DNA of 34,970 bases from Elusimicrobiota bacterium (lineage in GTDB: Bacteria; Elusimicrobiota; Elusimicrobia; UBA1565; JACRDR01): the NCBI GenBank assembly GCA_041694815.1, contig JBGFSC010000024.1, positions 1 through 34,970 on the forward strand. The letters run 5' to 3'. A program made the position numbers and the translations under genes. Shown here piece after piece: positions 6,118-14,819 of this stretch (position 1 is its first letter; each line of letters opens with the position of its first letter). The notes under the pieces were generated by a model, which searched no databases, was not told the origin of the DNA, and saw only the letters and a program-made list of their open reading frames with translations.

Positions 6118-8907
6118 ATGCCCGAAAACCCCTCGGAAATCCCCTCGTTCAAGCCGCCGTTGGAGCCCCGAAAAGAGGATAAGAAACCCGGATTCGCGCT
6201 TTTCGGCAAAGGCAATGTCCCGCTGCAGGTGCGCGGGCTCTCGGGGCCCAAGACGCTCATCGAGCGGCTCAAGAAATTCAAGAAGAAGGACCTGATCTTC
6301 ATCGGCTCGGGCCTGGGCGTGCTGTTCATGGCCCCCTTGGCGGAGCATTTCCTGATGAGTCCCTCGGAAGACAACGTGCTGCGCGGGGGCTTTGACCAGA
6401 AGGGCAAGGCCTTCACGGGGGACATGAGCCCCTACGAGCCCGGCGCCGGCGGCATGTCCCCGGGTGCGGTGGTAGGCGCCGGCGGCGACATCATCACCCC
6501 GCTCAACGTGCGCGATCCCTCGGCCCTTGTCCTGGGCTTGGGCGGGGCCCAGCAGCCGCCCAGCTCGGCGCCGCAACCCAAGGAAAAGGAAAAAGAGAAG
6601 ACAGAGTCGCGCGGCTGGAACGACGCGCTCTCGGAGGCGGCCAAGAAAGGCGCCGAGAAGGGGGTGGCCGCGGCCAAGCCCGGAGCCTTCCGCGTGGCGG
6701 GCTCCTTGTCGGGGGGGCTCAGGGGTTTCGCCGCCCTTTCGGGGGCGAGCTCCGGGGGGGGGCCCTCGTATTCCCTCCCCTCGCCCAACGCCAATAACGT
6801 GCCCAATCGTGGCGTCCAGCGCGGGGGCATCAGCCAGGTCCAGGCCGCGCCGGGTTACAAAGGGGTAGGCCCGCGCGGGCCCGATCAGGGATCGACGGGA
6901 GCCGAGGCGCTCAAGAGGGCCGCGGCCAACGCCGGCGACATGTTCAACCGCTCGGGGTCGGCGGCTAGGAATTTGGACGCGGCCGCCAATCAAGCCATTC
7001 CGGGCGGCGGCGCGGGCTCGGGGGGCGCGGGACCCGGCGCGGGGGGGCAGGACAAGGCCCCGGGGCAGAGCAATCAGAAGGATAATAAGTCCGTCGGGGA
7101 ATCCCTGGCGTTCCTTCGTGCCAAGATGGAGATGGAAAAGGAGATGGACCTCAAATGGGCCCGGAAGAAGTGGGAGGAGTTCGAGTTCCGTAAGATGATC
7201 ACGGAAGGGGCCGCCAACGCCTTCATCACCAATCTGCTCGGCACCGGCATCCTCACGCCGATGGGGCAGCTTTTGTCCGGCATCATCGGCTCGGCGGGCA
7301 CCGGCGGCTCGGCGGGGGTCATGTGCATCGACAACCCGGATAATCCGCCAAAAGTTTTCAAAAATATGCCCCCGAACAAATATTATAAGTGCGGGACAAC
7401 CGGAAAGTGCATGAAGGACTGCTACATCTCCGAGTGGGAAACGCCGACGAAGATGACGAGCGTCAACGCGAACTTTATCGGAAAATGCGCATTTTGCTAC
7501 CACATCGGCAATGACGAGATGCCCAAGGGGGACAAGGGAGAAGGGAAGGGAGGCGGCGGCAGTAGCGGCGACAGCAACCGCGTGCGCACGATCCCGGGGA
7601 CGGGAAGCAATGCCGCCCTTGTCGACGCCAGGGATCTTGACGCGCAGCGCGCCCAGCAGGCTCAGGCGTTGCGGCAGGCGCATAGCAAGAACTGCACTGG
7701 CGGTTCGGCAAATCAGAAGAAGCTTTGCGCCGCTTTCCAAAGGATGATGCCGATCTATGATTCAGATCTCGTGGGTGTCCGGCAATCCATCGAGGACGCG
7801 AAAGCCAATAACGAACGGGCCTGGCAGCATCTGAACTTGGCCCGAGAGAAAACCATCGCGTCCCAGTCGGTCTTGGCCAAAAAGTTGATGCCTAAATTCG
7901 GCTGTCCCGGCGGCAAGTATTGCCAGGACGACGCGGCCGGCTCGGTCTATGCGAAGGGCAAGGAGGCTGAAAAGTCTTTAGAGAGCGCCTCCCAGGCGAC
8001 GGATCTCGCCAAAGCCAAAGAGGACATCGAATCGGCGCGGCTTAAGCTCGTGGAGGCCAACGAAAAAATATTCACGCCAGCCGTCGGTGCCGCCGGGGAC
8101 GGGGTCATGATCGGGCGGGGAAGCGAGGGGGACACCCAAATCGATCCCGAGTCCGCCGACAAGCGCGCGGCCATACGCTTCAATTACGATGAAGCGCTCA
8201 AGATGCTCGACCAGGCCGCCTTCAAGGTTAACGAGGGCGGAAAATTGATCGCCAAATCCTACGCCGTCCTGGCCGAGATCAAGAAGGAAGGCGACGCGGC
8301 AATGGCGGGGCAATCTCCATTCGCGGCCAAGGAGCTCGGCGATCTCAGCGGGCCCTTGGGGCAGTTGGAGAAATTGGTGACGGATTACCAGCAGCTCCTC
8401 ATTAACCTCGGAGGAAACAAGGCGGCCCTCGGGCAGGGTTCGGGAAAGGCCGAGGACCTCAATACGGCCGGCATTATCGACAACTCCGTCCAGATGAGGC
8501 GAAAGCACATCGGCGAGCCGATGCAGGCGCTATGCGGCGCCTGCCAGAGCGCCCCCGAAGGCATATTCGGCAAGTCCCTGGGCCTCTCCATGGGACCCGT
8601 CAAGGAGGTGGCGCAGCGTTCCCTATTGCCGAGGGATCAATTGCCTCCCGACCTGGCCCAACTGCGCGAGTACGCGGCCGGGCAGTTGAACGGATCCTCT
8701 TCGGCACGGGGCCTGAGCGCGACGCTGCAATCCTTGAACGCGGAGGCCGAGCCGAACGGACTCTCGCTGTTGATGGTTCAAAAAAGCTTGGCGGAACTTG
8801 AGAAATTGCTTGGGCAATACTCCTGCGTCGACACGACGGATAGGGAGTGCAAGGACGTTACGCCGAAGGCGACGACGCAGGCGGCTATTCCGGCGCAGAC
8901 GCCTTAA
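6118..8907 (+). CDS. Large membrane-anchored Gly-rich/helical hypothetical protein with Cys-rich insert (cluster member 5)
   Basis: 929 aa, AGGAG RBS. TM at LIFIGSGLGVLFMAPL, Gly-rich region, amphipathic/hydrophobic segment, 14 Cys, long helical C-terminus. Confidence 0.85.
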   Translation: MPENPSEIPSFKPPLEPRKEDKKPGFALFGKGNVPLQVRGLSGPKTLIERLKKFKKKDLIFIGSGLGVLFMAPLAEHFLMSPSEDNVLRGGFDQKGKAFTGDMSPYEPGAGGMSPGAVVGAGGDIITPLNVRDPSALVLGLGGAQQPPSSAPQPKEKEKEKTESRGWNDALSEAAKKGAEKGVAAAKPGAFRVAGSLSGGLRGFAALSGASSGGGPSYSLPSPNANNVPNRGVQRGGISQVQAAPGYKGVGPRGPDQGSTGAEALKRAAANAGDMFNRSGSAARNLDAAANQAIPGGGAGSGGAGPGAGGQDKAPGQSNQKDNKSVGESLAFLRAKMEMEKEMDLKWARKKWEEFEFRKMITEGAANAFITNLLGTGILTPMGQLLSGIIGSAGTGGSAGVMCIDNPDNPPKVFKNMPPNKYYKCGTTGKCMKDCYISEWETPTKMTSVNANFIGKCAFCYHIGNDEMPKGDKGEGKGGGGSSGDSNRVRTIPGTGSNAALVDARDLDAQRAQQAQALRQAHSKNCTGGSANQKKLCAAFQRMMPIYDSDLVGVRQSIEDAKANNERAWQHLNLAREKTIASQSVLAKKLMPKFGCPGGKYCQDDAAGSVYAKGKEAEKSLESASQATDLAKAKEDIESARLKLVEANEKIFTPAVGAAGDGVMIGRGSEGDTQIDPESADKRAAIRFNYDEALKMLDQAAFKVNEGGKLIAKSYAVLAEIKKEGDAAMAGQSPFAAKELGDLSGPLGQLEKLVTDYQQLLINLGGNKAALGQGSGKAEDLNTAGIIDNSVQMRRKHIGEPMQALCGACQSAPEGIFGKSLGLSMGPVKEVAQRSLLPRDQLPPDLAQLREYAAGQLNGSSSARGLSATLQSLNAEAEPNGLSLLMVQKSLAELEKLLGQYSCVDTTDRECKDVTPKATTQAAIPAQTP

Positions 8908-8991
8908 TGGGGATTAGGCCCATTGGGGCGGACTATGCTAGGCCTTTAGACCCTCCCCGGGCCAAGGAGCTTCTTCTACCCTAATAAGGAC

Positions 8992-11802
8992 ATGAGGCGG
9001 CTCATTTACATCGGCCTTTGGCTGGCCGTTTCACCTCTCCAAGCGCGTTGCGAAGGCGCTTCGCCGGACCCCGTGCTGCCGATCGCCACTGCGCTTGTCG
9101 AGAACACGACGGATCAAGCCCCCATCGACCGGTTGCGCAACTATATGCGCGATCCCGCCAAGCAGGGAGTGGCCGCCGACAGGATATTCCAGTTCTTATG
9201 GCAGCCTGCGGAGGGCGTTTCCTTCATCACCGATGCCGCCAAAGCGATGCACAATATCGAAGTACGCCTGCATAACGAGATCGCGGCCTGGGTAGGCAGT
9301 CACCCAGGCGAAGCTGCCGATATCGTTTTCTTGCTTGGCGCGCCGGCCCCTGAGTGGGCGAGCAGCGAGGAGGACCGAGCGCTTTTCGCCGGTTTTAAGC
9401 CAGAAGGCGAGAATCTAACCCGCGGCCTGATCATGGTGCTCAAGCGTTGGAGCACCGATTCCGGCGCCTACGCGGCGGGCGAGACGCCCATCGGGGCTTT
9501 CTCGGGGTACAGGCCGGATAAGTGGGCGCCTGCGGTGCTGGGCAGCGCCGCTGAGGCGGCCGATCAAATGATGTTCCGCAAGAAGACCCCGGAGCAGGCC
9601 GCCAGGGACATACTTGCCCGATGGGACCCGCCGGCAGTGCCGGAGGCCAGTGTCGGGGCGGGAGGCACGCCGACAAGCGCGAAACTGCCGGATCGTTTCG
9701 ATTTCAAGGATCTTTACGGCGAATGGGGGGATCTCGACGTCGTGTTGGCCGGGACGAAGGAGGAGTTGGCGGCCAATAAGGGAAGGCTCATTTCGATCCG
9801 ACTGGTCACCGAACTCGAACAATACAAGGATAGCGATGATGACGCGGAGAAACTCAAGTCCAAATATGTCGACTTCATTAGCCTGACCGATATCACCGAG
9901 CCGGCGCGGCCCTATGGAGTCAATATCCCGCTGTCAGCGGCTAAGCAGGATATCGTCCTCAAGTCGGGCGGGCGTAAGTACACGATTAAGATCACCCCTA
10001 GGCCGCGGGGGCACCCGGCCTGCCTGGACCTGGCCCCCGAAAAAGAGATCGACGCCCCCAAGGGTTTCAGCTGCAACCAGATCGAGCTGCTCGTCGGCGA
10101 TCAGAACGCCGTCGCCGTCAACCCAGCTGACCCCTATAAGCCCTTCGGCCCGCCTTCGGTCGAGAAGCTCTACCAGATGAGGGCCCGGCGCGCGATCGAA
10201 AAGAACGCGATCGTGAAGCTTGCGGGCGAGGAATACTACACCCTGCCCCAAGGGACCGGGAAGGGGGCGATCTTGTTTTTTCCCCGGTCGGTCGCCCAGG
10301 CGCTGCAACGCGGCGGCAATGTCTATGAATTCGACCCGGCCTTCATCGCGTACGTCAACAAGATGGAGGGTGGACGCGAGAATATCAGCAGGGAATACGA
10401 CTTGAGCGGGTATCCGGCGGTCAGCCTCAAGCGCGCCGACGGCAGCCGGGCGAGCCCGAACGGCAAATGGCTCAGCCTCGTTTATCGCCACGGCGTTTGG
10501 ATTCCGGTGGAAACGGACGCCGACCCTCAGCCTCAACTGCCCGGCGTCAACTCTTCCACCGATACCGCGCATGGCGAGGACGGTGACTCGGAGGAGGGTA
10601 AAAAGGGAAAAAAGGGCAAGGGCGACAAAACGGGCAAGAAGCCAGACGATCACGAGGATCATGAGGATCCAGCGGCCGAGGAATGGCCCGAGATAGACGG
10701 TTATTCCCCGGACGAGGAGCACGTCGTCGAGCAAAATAAGAAGCTCGAGGAGAAAGGCATCGAGGCGCGGCTCTATTTCGCCACCGAGCCGGTCGAGCCG
10801 TATAAGCAATATTTAGTCGTCTTCAAGGACGGCAAGAAACGGGAATTGCCGTTTTACAGCCCCTCGGATCCTAAGAACCCGAAAAGGCGAAAGGGTTGGA
10901 AGGCGATTCATAGGGTCGAGCTGTCCGAAGACGCCCATCTGCTGATCACCGAGAATGAGCTGGGATTTAGATTCTCCGACCTTTCGAAGGGAGAGACCTT
11001 GCCCGAGGTGGGGATCTACGACGGCGAGAGCCTGCGCGTCAGCGATCCCGCCGCCATCGAATACATCCTGTCCGACAAGGTCGCCGCCATCGATGACAAG
11101 GTGAAGGACCTTATCCGGCCGAACTACCAACGGGTCTTCAACGACGGGCTCCGCGCAGGAAAATCCCTGCCTGGCGGCGGCAAGGTGCCTAAGGAAATAG
11201 CGCCCAAGTCTCCCTTCGTCATCGAAGGCATCTTGAAGATGGGCAAGAAGTCGAAGAATTGGGTTACGATGAAGGTCGACGGGGTCGAATTCCAGATATA
11301 CCCCGGGCCCCTGGGCCTCAAGGCCCGGGCCGTGAGCGTCGTGCTGGAGCGCAATTTCGGCGGGGTCAAGAAATTCAAGGGCTTTCCTGAAAAGCTCACG
11401 GCCGTGACCGAAGAGGAGGTCGAGCGGGTTAAAATGGCCGGTGATGAGAGCGCCGCCCTATATCGATCATCCGAGACGGGTAAACTTTTTGTCGCCTTCA
11501 AGGTGGAAGTTTCAACCGATTTGGTGCTTACCACCGATCCGATGCCGGTTCCTGGAAAGCAAATATCCAAGGACTCCGAGCTCGATTCGATTCATTTCAA
11601 GGGCTTTGAGACCAGGGCCCAACTTAAAGGCCATCGCCTCTACGCCGAGCAGGTCTACGACGAGGGCGAGAAAAAGGGAGCCATTGGCGTTTACGGGGCA
11701 CCGACGGGCAAGTACAACCACTGCCTCGGCGTCGTGCTCTGGTGGGGCGTTTCCCATGCCGAGGCCGAGCAGGCCTGCCGCGAAAAGAAACGGGCGCCCT
11801 AG
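8992..11802 (+). CDS. Large secreted hypothetical protein
   Basis: 936 aa with a Sec-like signal peptide (MRRLIYIGLWLAVSPLQA) and a central acidic/Lys-Gly linker. No family recognised. Confidence 0.8.
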   Translation: MRRLIYIGLWLAVSPLQARCEGASPDPVLPIATALVENTTDQAPIDRLRNYMRDPAKQGVAADRIFQFLWQPAEGVSFITDAAKAMHNIEVRLHNEIAAWVGSHPGEAADIVFLLGAPAPEWASSEEDRALFAGFKPEGENLTRGLIMVLKRWSTDSGAYAAGETPIGAFSGYRPDKWAPAVLGSAAEAADQMMFRKKTPEQAARDILARWDPPAVPEASVGAGGTPTSAKLPDRFDFKDLYGEWGDLDVVLAGTKEELAANKGRLISIRLVTELEQYKDSDDDAEKLKSKYVDFISLTDITEPARPYGVNIPLSAAKQDIVLKSGGRKYTIKITPRPRGHPACLDLAPEKEIDAPKGFSCNQIELLVGDQNAVAVNPADPYKPFGPPSVEKLYQMRARRAIEKNAIVKLAGEEYYTLPQGTGKGAILFFPRSVAQALQRGGNVYEFDPAFIAYVNKMEGGRENISREYDLSGYPAVSLKRADGSRASPNGKWLSLVYRHGVWIPVETDADPQPQLPGVNSSTDTAHGEDGDSEEGKKGKKGKGDKTGKKPDDHEDHEDPAAEEWPEIDGYSPDEEHVVEQNKKLEEKGIEARLYFATEPVEPYKQYLVVFKDGKKRELPFYSPSDPKNPKRRKGWKAIHRVELSEDAHLLITENELGFRFSDLSKGETLPEVGIYDGESLRVSDPAAIEYILSDKVAAIDDKVKDLIRPNYQRVFNDGLRAGKSLPGGGKVPKEIAPKSPFVIEGILKMGKKSKNWVTMKVDGVEFQIYPGPLGLKARAVSVVLERNFGGVKKFKGFPEKLTAVTEEEVERVKMAGDESAALYRSSETGKLFVAFKVEVSTDLVLTTDPMPVPGKQISKDSELDSIHFKGFETRAQLKGHRLYAEQVYDEGEKKGAIGVYGAPTGKYNHCLGVVLWWGVSHAEAEQACREKKRAP

Positions 11803-11814
11803 CGCCTGGGTCTT

Positions 11815-11841
11815 AAGACCTATTTCGAAATAGTCTTTTTT
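11815..11841 (+). terminator. Possible intrinsic terminator
   Basis: AAGAC-CTATTTCGAAATAG-TCTT hairpin followed by a T-run just after the 11802 stop. The stem is AT-rich. Confidence 0.4.
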
Positions 11842-11879
11842 CCCTGTCCGATCCTTGGGCGCCGTTCTACGCTACTTTT

Positions 11880-14210
11880 ATGGCGCCGGCGGTGTTCATC
11901 GCAGCGCTGTTCTTAAAGGCCTCTCTGGCCCAGGAGAGCCCCGAATTGGCCTTGCTCCAGCGGCGCATGAACGCGGACCGGCCCCTCGCGGCCCCTTGGG
12001 TCCCGGAAACCGGCCGCTGGAACGCCGAGATGCTCCAATTCGGCAGAGCCCGGCTCCGAAGCCAGTTGGAGCCGTTGGAGGAGGCCCATCACGTCGCGCG
12101 CTGCCGGATGATGGCCGATTTGCTGGGACGCCGTTTCCAGGAAGATCAATGGAGCAGCGAGCCCGGCTTGGAGCAGCATCTGTCCGCGGAGGCCGGGCGT
12201 CGCGCGGCTTCCGGCAAGGACGGCGAATGCGGAAATACCCACACGGTGCTCCAGCTCGTCGACTGCAAGACCCGGCGGCGCGCCCAGGCCTTGCGAGAGG
12301 CCCAAACGGCTGTGGCGGCTTTCTCTAGGGAAAGCCTGCGGATCGAGGAGGAAAACCGGCTCTGCTTGGAGGACCTGCGCCTCTTGGACCGGCTGGAATC
12401 GGCGGCGCTTCGCCGCCTGGCGTCCCTCTATATCGAGATACAGCGCGACAAGCTCCGCCTCCAAGGGGAAGCCATCGACGCGCGCTCGGCCGCCTCCAAG
12501 GATTTCATCGACGAGCTAGGCCGCTGGGAGCTGGAATCGGAGACCAGGGCGCGATACCTGATCCAAGGCTCGAAGCTGCGCGCCAGGATCAAGCGCTTGG
12601 AGCGCGGTTTGGGCAGCATAAAGGAAGGGGATTCGTTGAGCCCGTGGCTGAATGATATCCGCTCCTTGGATTCGGAATACGAGCTCTACACGCAATTGCC
12701 CCGCCTGGCCGCCAAGGCCCGGGAGCAGCGCGGGCTGAGTTTCCGAGGGTGGAGAGGAGGATCGAAAGCGATATCCAGGGTTTCCAGGCTTTTTGGCGCC
12801 GATTTAAGGCAAGGCTATCTGCGAGACTCCGGCCGCGTGGAACGATACCAGGAGCTTTTCCCGCGAGTCGCCGAAAGGCTCGCCGCCGGGGATTTCAGCG
12901 GCGCTCGAAGCTTGCTTATCAGCTCGGACCCTTCGGCGTTCTTCACCCATTGGAGGCGTTTTCTCTCGGCGCGAGGGCCCGTCAACGACGACGATCGGCT
13001 ACATGCGGCCTGTTCCAAAATGGCGGCCTCCATCGCCCGCTCCCTCGCCGAGCAATTCTGGGCGAGCCACGGGGCGCGATTGGCTTTTTGGTCCGCCGCC
13101 TTGGCGCTGTCCGGCCCGGCAGCCGCGTTGGGCGCGCAAAGGCTTTCTGGCGCCGCCGAGGGGCTCTCAACCCTCTGGCGGGTCCGCCGGTTCGGCCGTC
13201 CCGCGGGTTTTCTCATGGGTGCGCTCGCCAAGGCCTCGGCTTTAAGCGCGGCGCGACTGGCGAATGTCGGCGGGAAGTGGAGTCCCGTCGCTGCCTACGC
13301 CGGGGCCGCCGGGGGCTTTTCGGGCGCCTTCGGCGCCGCACGGCATGTTTGGGAAGAAGGCCGGCGGGCCCATCCTATCCACGCGAAGGTCTCCGAGGCG
13401 GCTTCCAGAGCGGCCAAGGAGGGGCTTCGCTGCTCCTTGAGCTCCTGGCGCCCCATGATTCTCGTGGCCGCCATCCCGCTACAGATCGTTCAGGGAACGC
13501 CCTTCGAGAGGATTTTTCGCCTCGCGGGCGCCGGCGGGCGCTTGGAATTGGCGGCCAAGCACGAGGCGCTGCGGCTTGCCGCGGGCCGCCTCGCGCGCGA
13601 GACGAGCCTGCGCCTGGACTCACGGGACGGGGGCGATTTGGAGCGGCGGCTGCGCCGAGCCGCTCAAGCGGAGCATGGCGCCAAGGAGCTGTATTTGAAG
13701 TGGCTGATTCCTAATAAGGGACCGAAGAGTTTGGTAAGATTGCCGCGTGAGACTGGCAACCGTGCGGGACCCCTCTTCGAGCCTGCACGGCAGGCTGGCC
13801 GTGCTGGCCCCGGATGGGCGCCGGGCGACGCTCGCCCCCTCCTGGCCCGGGGGACCTCCCACGCCCACTCTACTCTCCGCGCTGGAAAATTGGCGCTCGG
13901 CACTGCCGGCCTTGCGAAAGGCGGAATCGGATATCAAGGCCGGCCGCGCGTCCGCCTTCGCCCTAGGCCTCGGGAGTCTCATGGCCCCGCTGCCGCGCAG
14001 CTACGCCTTTCTCGACGGGAGCGCCTACCTCGAGCACGTGCGCAGGGCCAGGAAGGCGCGCGCAGCCGAGCCTCCGCCGGAGCTGGAAACCGTCCCCCTC
14101 ATGTATCAGGGCGCGAGCGCCCCGCTTTCAGGCCCGCGCGAGCCGATGCGCCTGCCCGAGGGAGGGCTCGGCCTCGACTTCGAGGCCGAAATCGTCGTCT
14201 TCCTGGATGA
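11880..14210 (+). CDS. Secreted/membrane hypothetical protein; genuine coding probably ends near 13710 and the rest is read-through
   Basis: Signal-peptide-like start with TACGCT-N6-ATG. Helical N-half, then Gly/Ala-rich hydrophobic segments. The last ~155 codons overlap the FAH gene out of frame and are Arg/Pro-rich like shadow ORFs. Confidence 0.5.
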   Translation: MAPAVFIAALFLKASLAQESPELALLQRRMNADRPLAAPWVPETGRWNAEMLQFGRARLRSQLEPLEEAHHVARCRMMADLLGRRFQEDQWSSEPGLEQHLSAEAGRRAASGKDGECGNTHTVLQLVDCKTRRRAQALREAQTAVAAFSRESLRIEEENRLCLEDLRLLDRLESAALRRLASLYIEIQRDKLRLQGEAIDARSAASKDFIDELGRWELESETRARYLIQGSKLRARIKRLERGLGSIKEGDSLSPWLNDIRSLDSEYELYTQLPRLAAKAREQRGLSFRGWRGGSKAISRVSRLFGADLRQGYLRDSGRVERYQELFPRVAERLAAGDFSGARSLLISSDPSAFFTHWRRFLSARGPVNDDDRLHAACSKMAASIARSLAEQFWASHGARLAFWSAALALSGPAAALGAQRLSGAAEGLSTLWRVRRFGRPAGFLMGALAKASALSAARLANVGGKWSPVAAYAGAAGGFSGAFGAARHVWEEGRRAHPIHAKVSEAASRAAKEGLRCSLSSWRPMILVAAIPLQIVQGTPFERIFRLAGAGGRLELAAKHEALRLAAGRLARETSLRLDSRDGGDLERRLRRAAQAEHGAKELYLKWLIPNKGPKSLVRLPRETGNRAGPLFEPARQAGRAGPGWAPGDARPLLARGTSHAHSTLRAGKLALGTAGLAKGGIGYQGRPRVRLRPRPRESHGPAAAQLRLSRRERLPRARAQGQEGARSRASAGAGNRPPHVSGRERPAFRPARADAPARGRARPRLRGRNRRLPG

Positions 14211-14733
14211 AGTCCCGCTCGGCACGCGAGCCAGGGACGCCGCGAGGCATATCAAGCTAATCGGACTGATGAACGATGTCACGCTGAGGGAGTTGTTGCC
14301 CCGCGAGGCGGCCACAGGATTTGGCTTCGTGCAAAGCAAGCCTCCCTCGGCCTTCGCCCCCTTCGTCGTGACACCGCAAGAGCTGGGCCCAGCCTGGCGC
14401 GACGGGCGGCCGGATCTCAAGCTGCTCCTTCGCCTCAACGGCCGCCCGTTCGGAGACCTGAGCGCCTTCCCGATGCATTTCTCCTTCCCCGAGCTGATCG
14501 CGCACGCGGCGCGCACGCGCGCGCTTGCCGCCGGCACCATACTCGGCGGCGGCACCGTATCGAATCCGGGGGTCAGGAACGGTTTTGCCTGCATCGCCGA
14601 ACGGCGCATGGTCGAGCGGATCGCGGCCGGCGCGGCCAGCACGCCCTTTCTTAAACGGGGCGACCGGGTGGAAATCGAGGCGGTGTTGGGCGGGCGAAGT
14701 GTTTTTGGGAAGATAGAACAGAGAGTAGTATAA
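13747..14733 (+). CDS. Fumarylacetoacetate hydrolase family protein
   Basis: Motifs LDGSAYLEHV, PLMYQG, LDFEAEI, LMNDVTLR, GFGFVQSKP, GTILGGGTVSN, FLKRGDRVEIE. GTG start preceded by TGG-TAAGAT-N6. Confidence 0.92.
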   Translation: MRLATVRDPSSSLHGRLAVLAPDGRRATLAPSWPGGPPTPTLLSALENWRSALPALRKAESDIKAGRASAFALGLGSLMAPLPRSYAFLDGSAYLEHVRRARKARAAEPPPELETVPLMYQGASAPLSGPREPMRLPEGGLGLDFEAEIVVFLDEVPLGTRARDAARHIKLIGLMNDVTLRELLPREAATGFGFVQSKPPSAFAPFVVTPQELGPAWRDGRPDLKLLLRLNGRPFGDLSAFPMHFSFPELIAHAARTRALAAGTILGGGTVSNPGVRNGFACIAERRMVERIAAGAASTPFLKRGDRVEIEAVLGGRSVFGKIEQRVV

Positions 14734-14813
14734 ACGGCGGTTTTTACGCGCCTCGGGCGCGTGACTCGACGCGCTAACGCGCGTCGAGTTCGAGGTTTAG
14801 CGCGAGTATTCCG
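14732..14813. repeat. REP/MITE-like multi-hairpin element between convergent genes (copy A)
   Basis: Hairpins ACGCGC..GCGCGT and ACTCGACGCGC-TAAC-GCGCGTCGAGT (14764-14789). The first 31 nt match the reverse complement of 26165-26195 with 1 mismatch. CGCGAGTATTCCG is shared with 26126-26138. Confidence 0.8.
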
Positions 14814-14819
14814 GGTGCT

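Noticed and set aside
7486..7503. CAFCYH as a heme c binding site
   Set aside because: The pattern is CxxCxH, not CxxCH, and there is no other cytochrome evidence.
5488..7740. 750-aa minus-strand ORF and other long antisense or alternate-frame ORFs (e.g. 15667-16869, 12749-13714, 19170-20192)
   Set aside because: They are shadows of GC-rich coding genes, with Arg/Pro/Ala-rich composition and no motifs.
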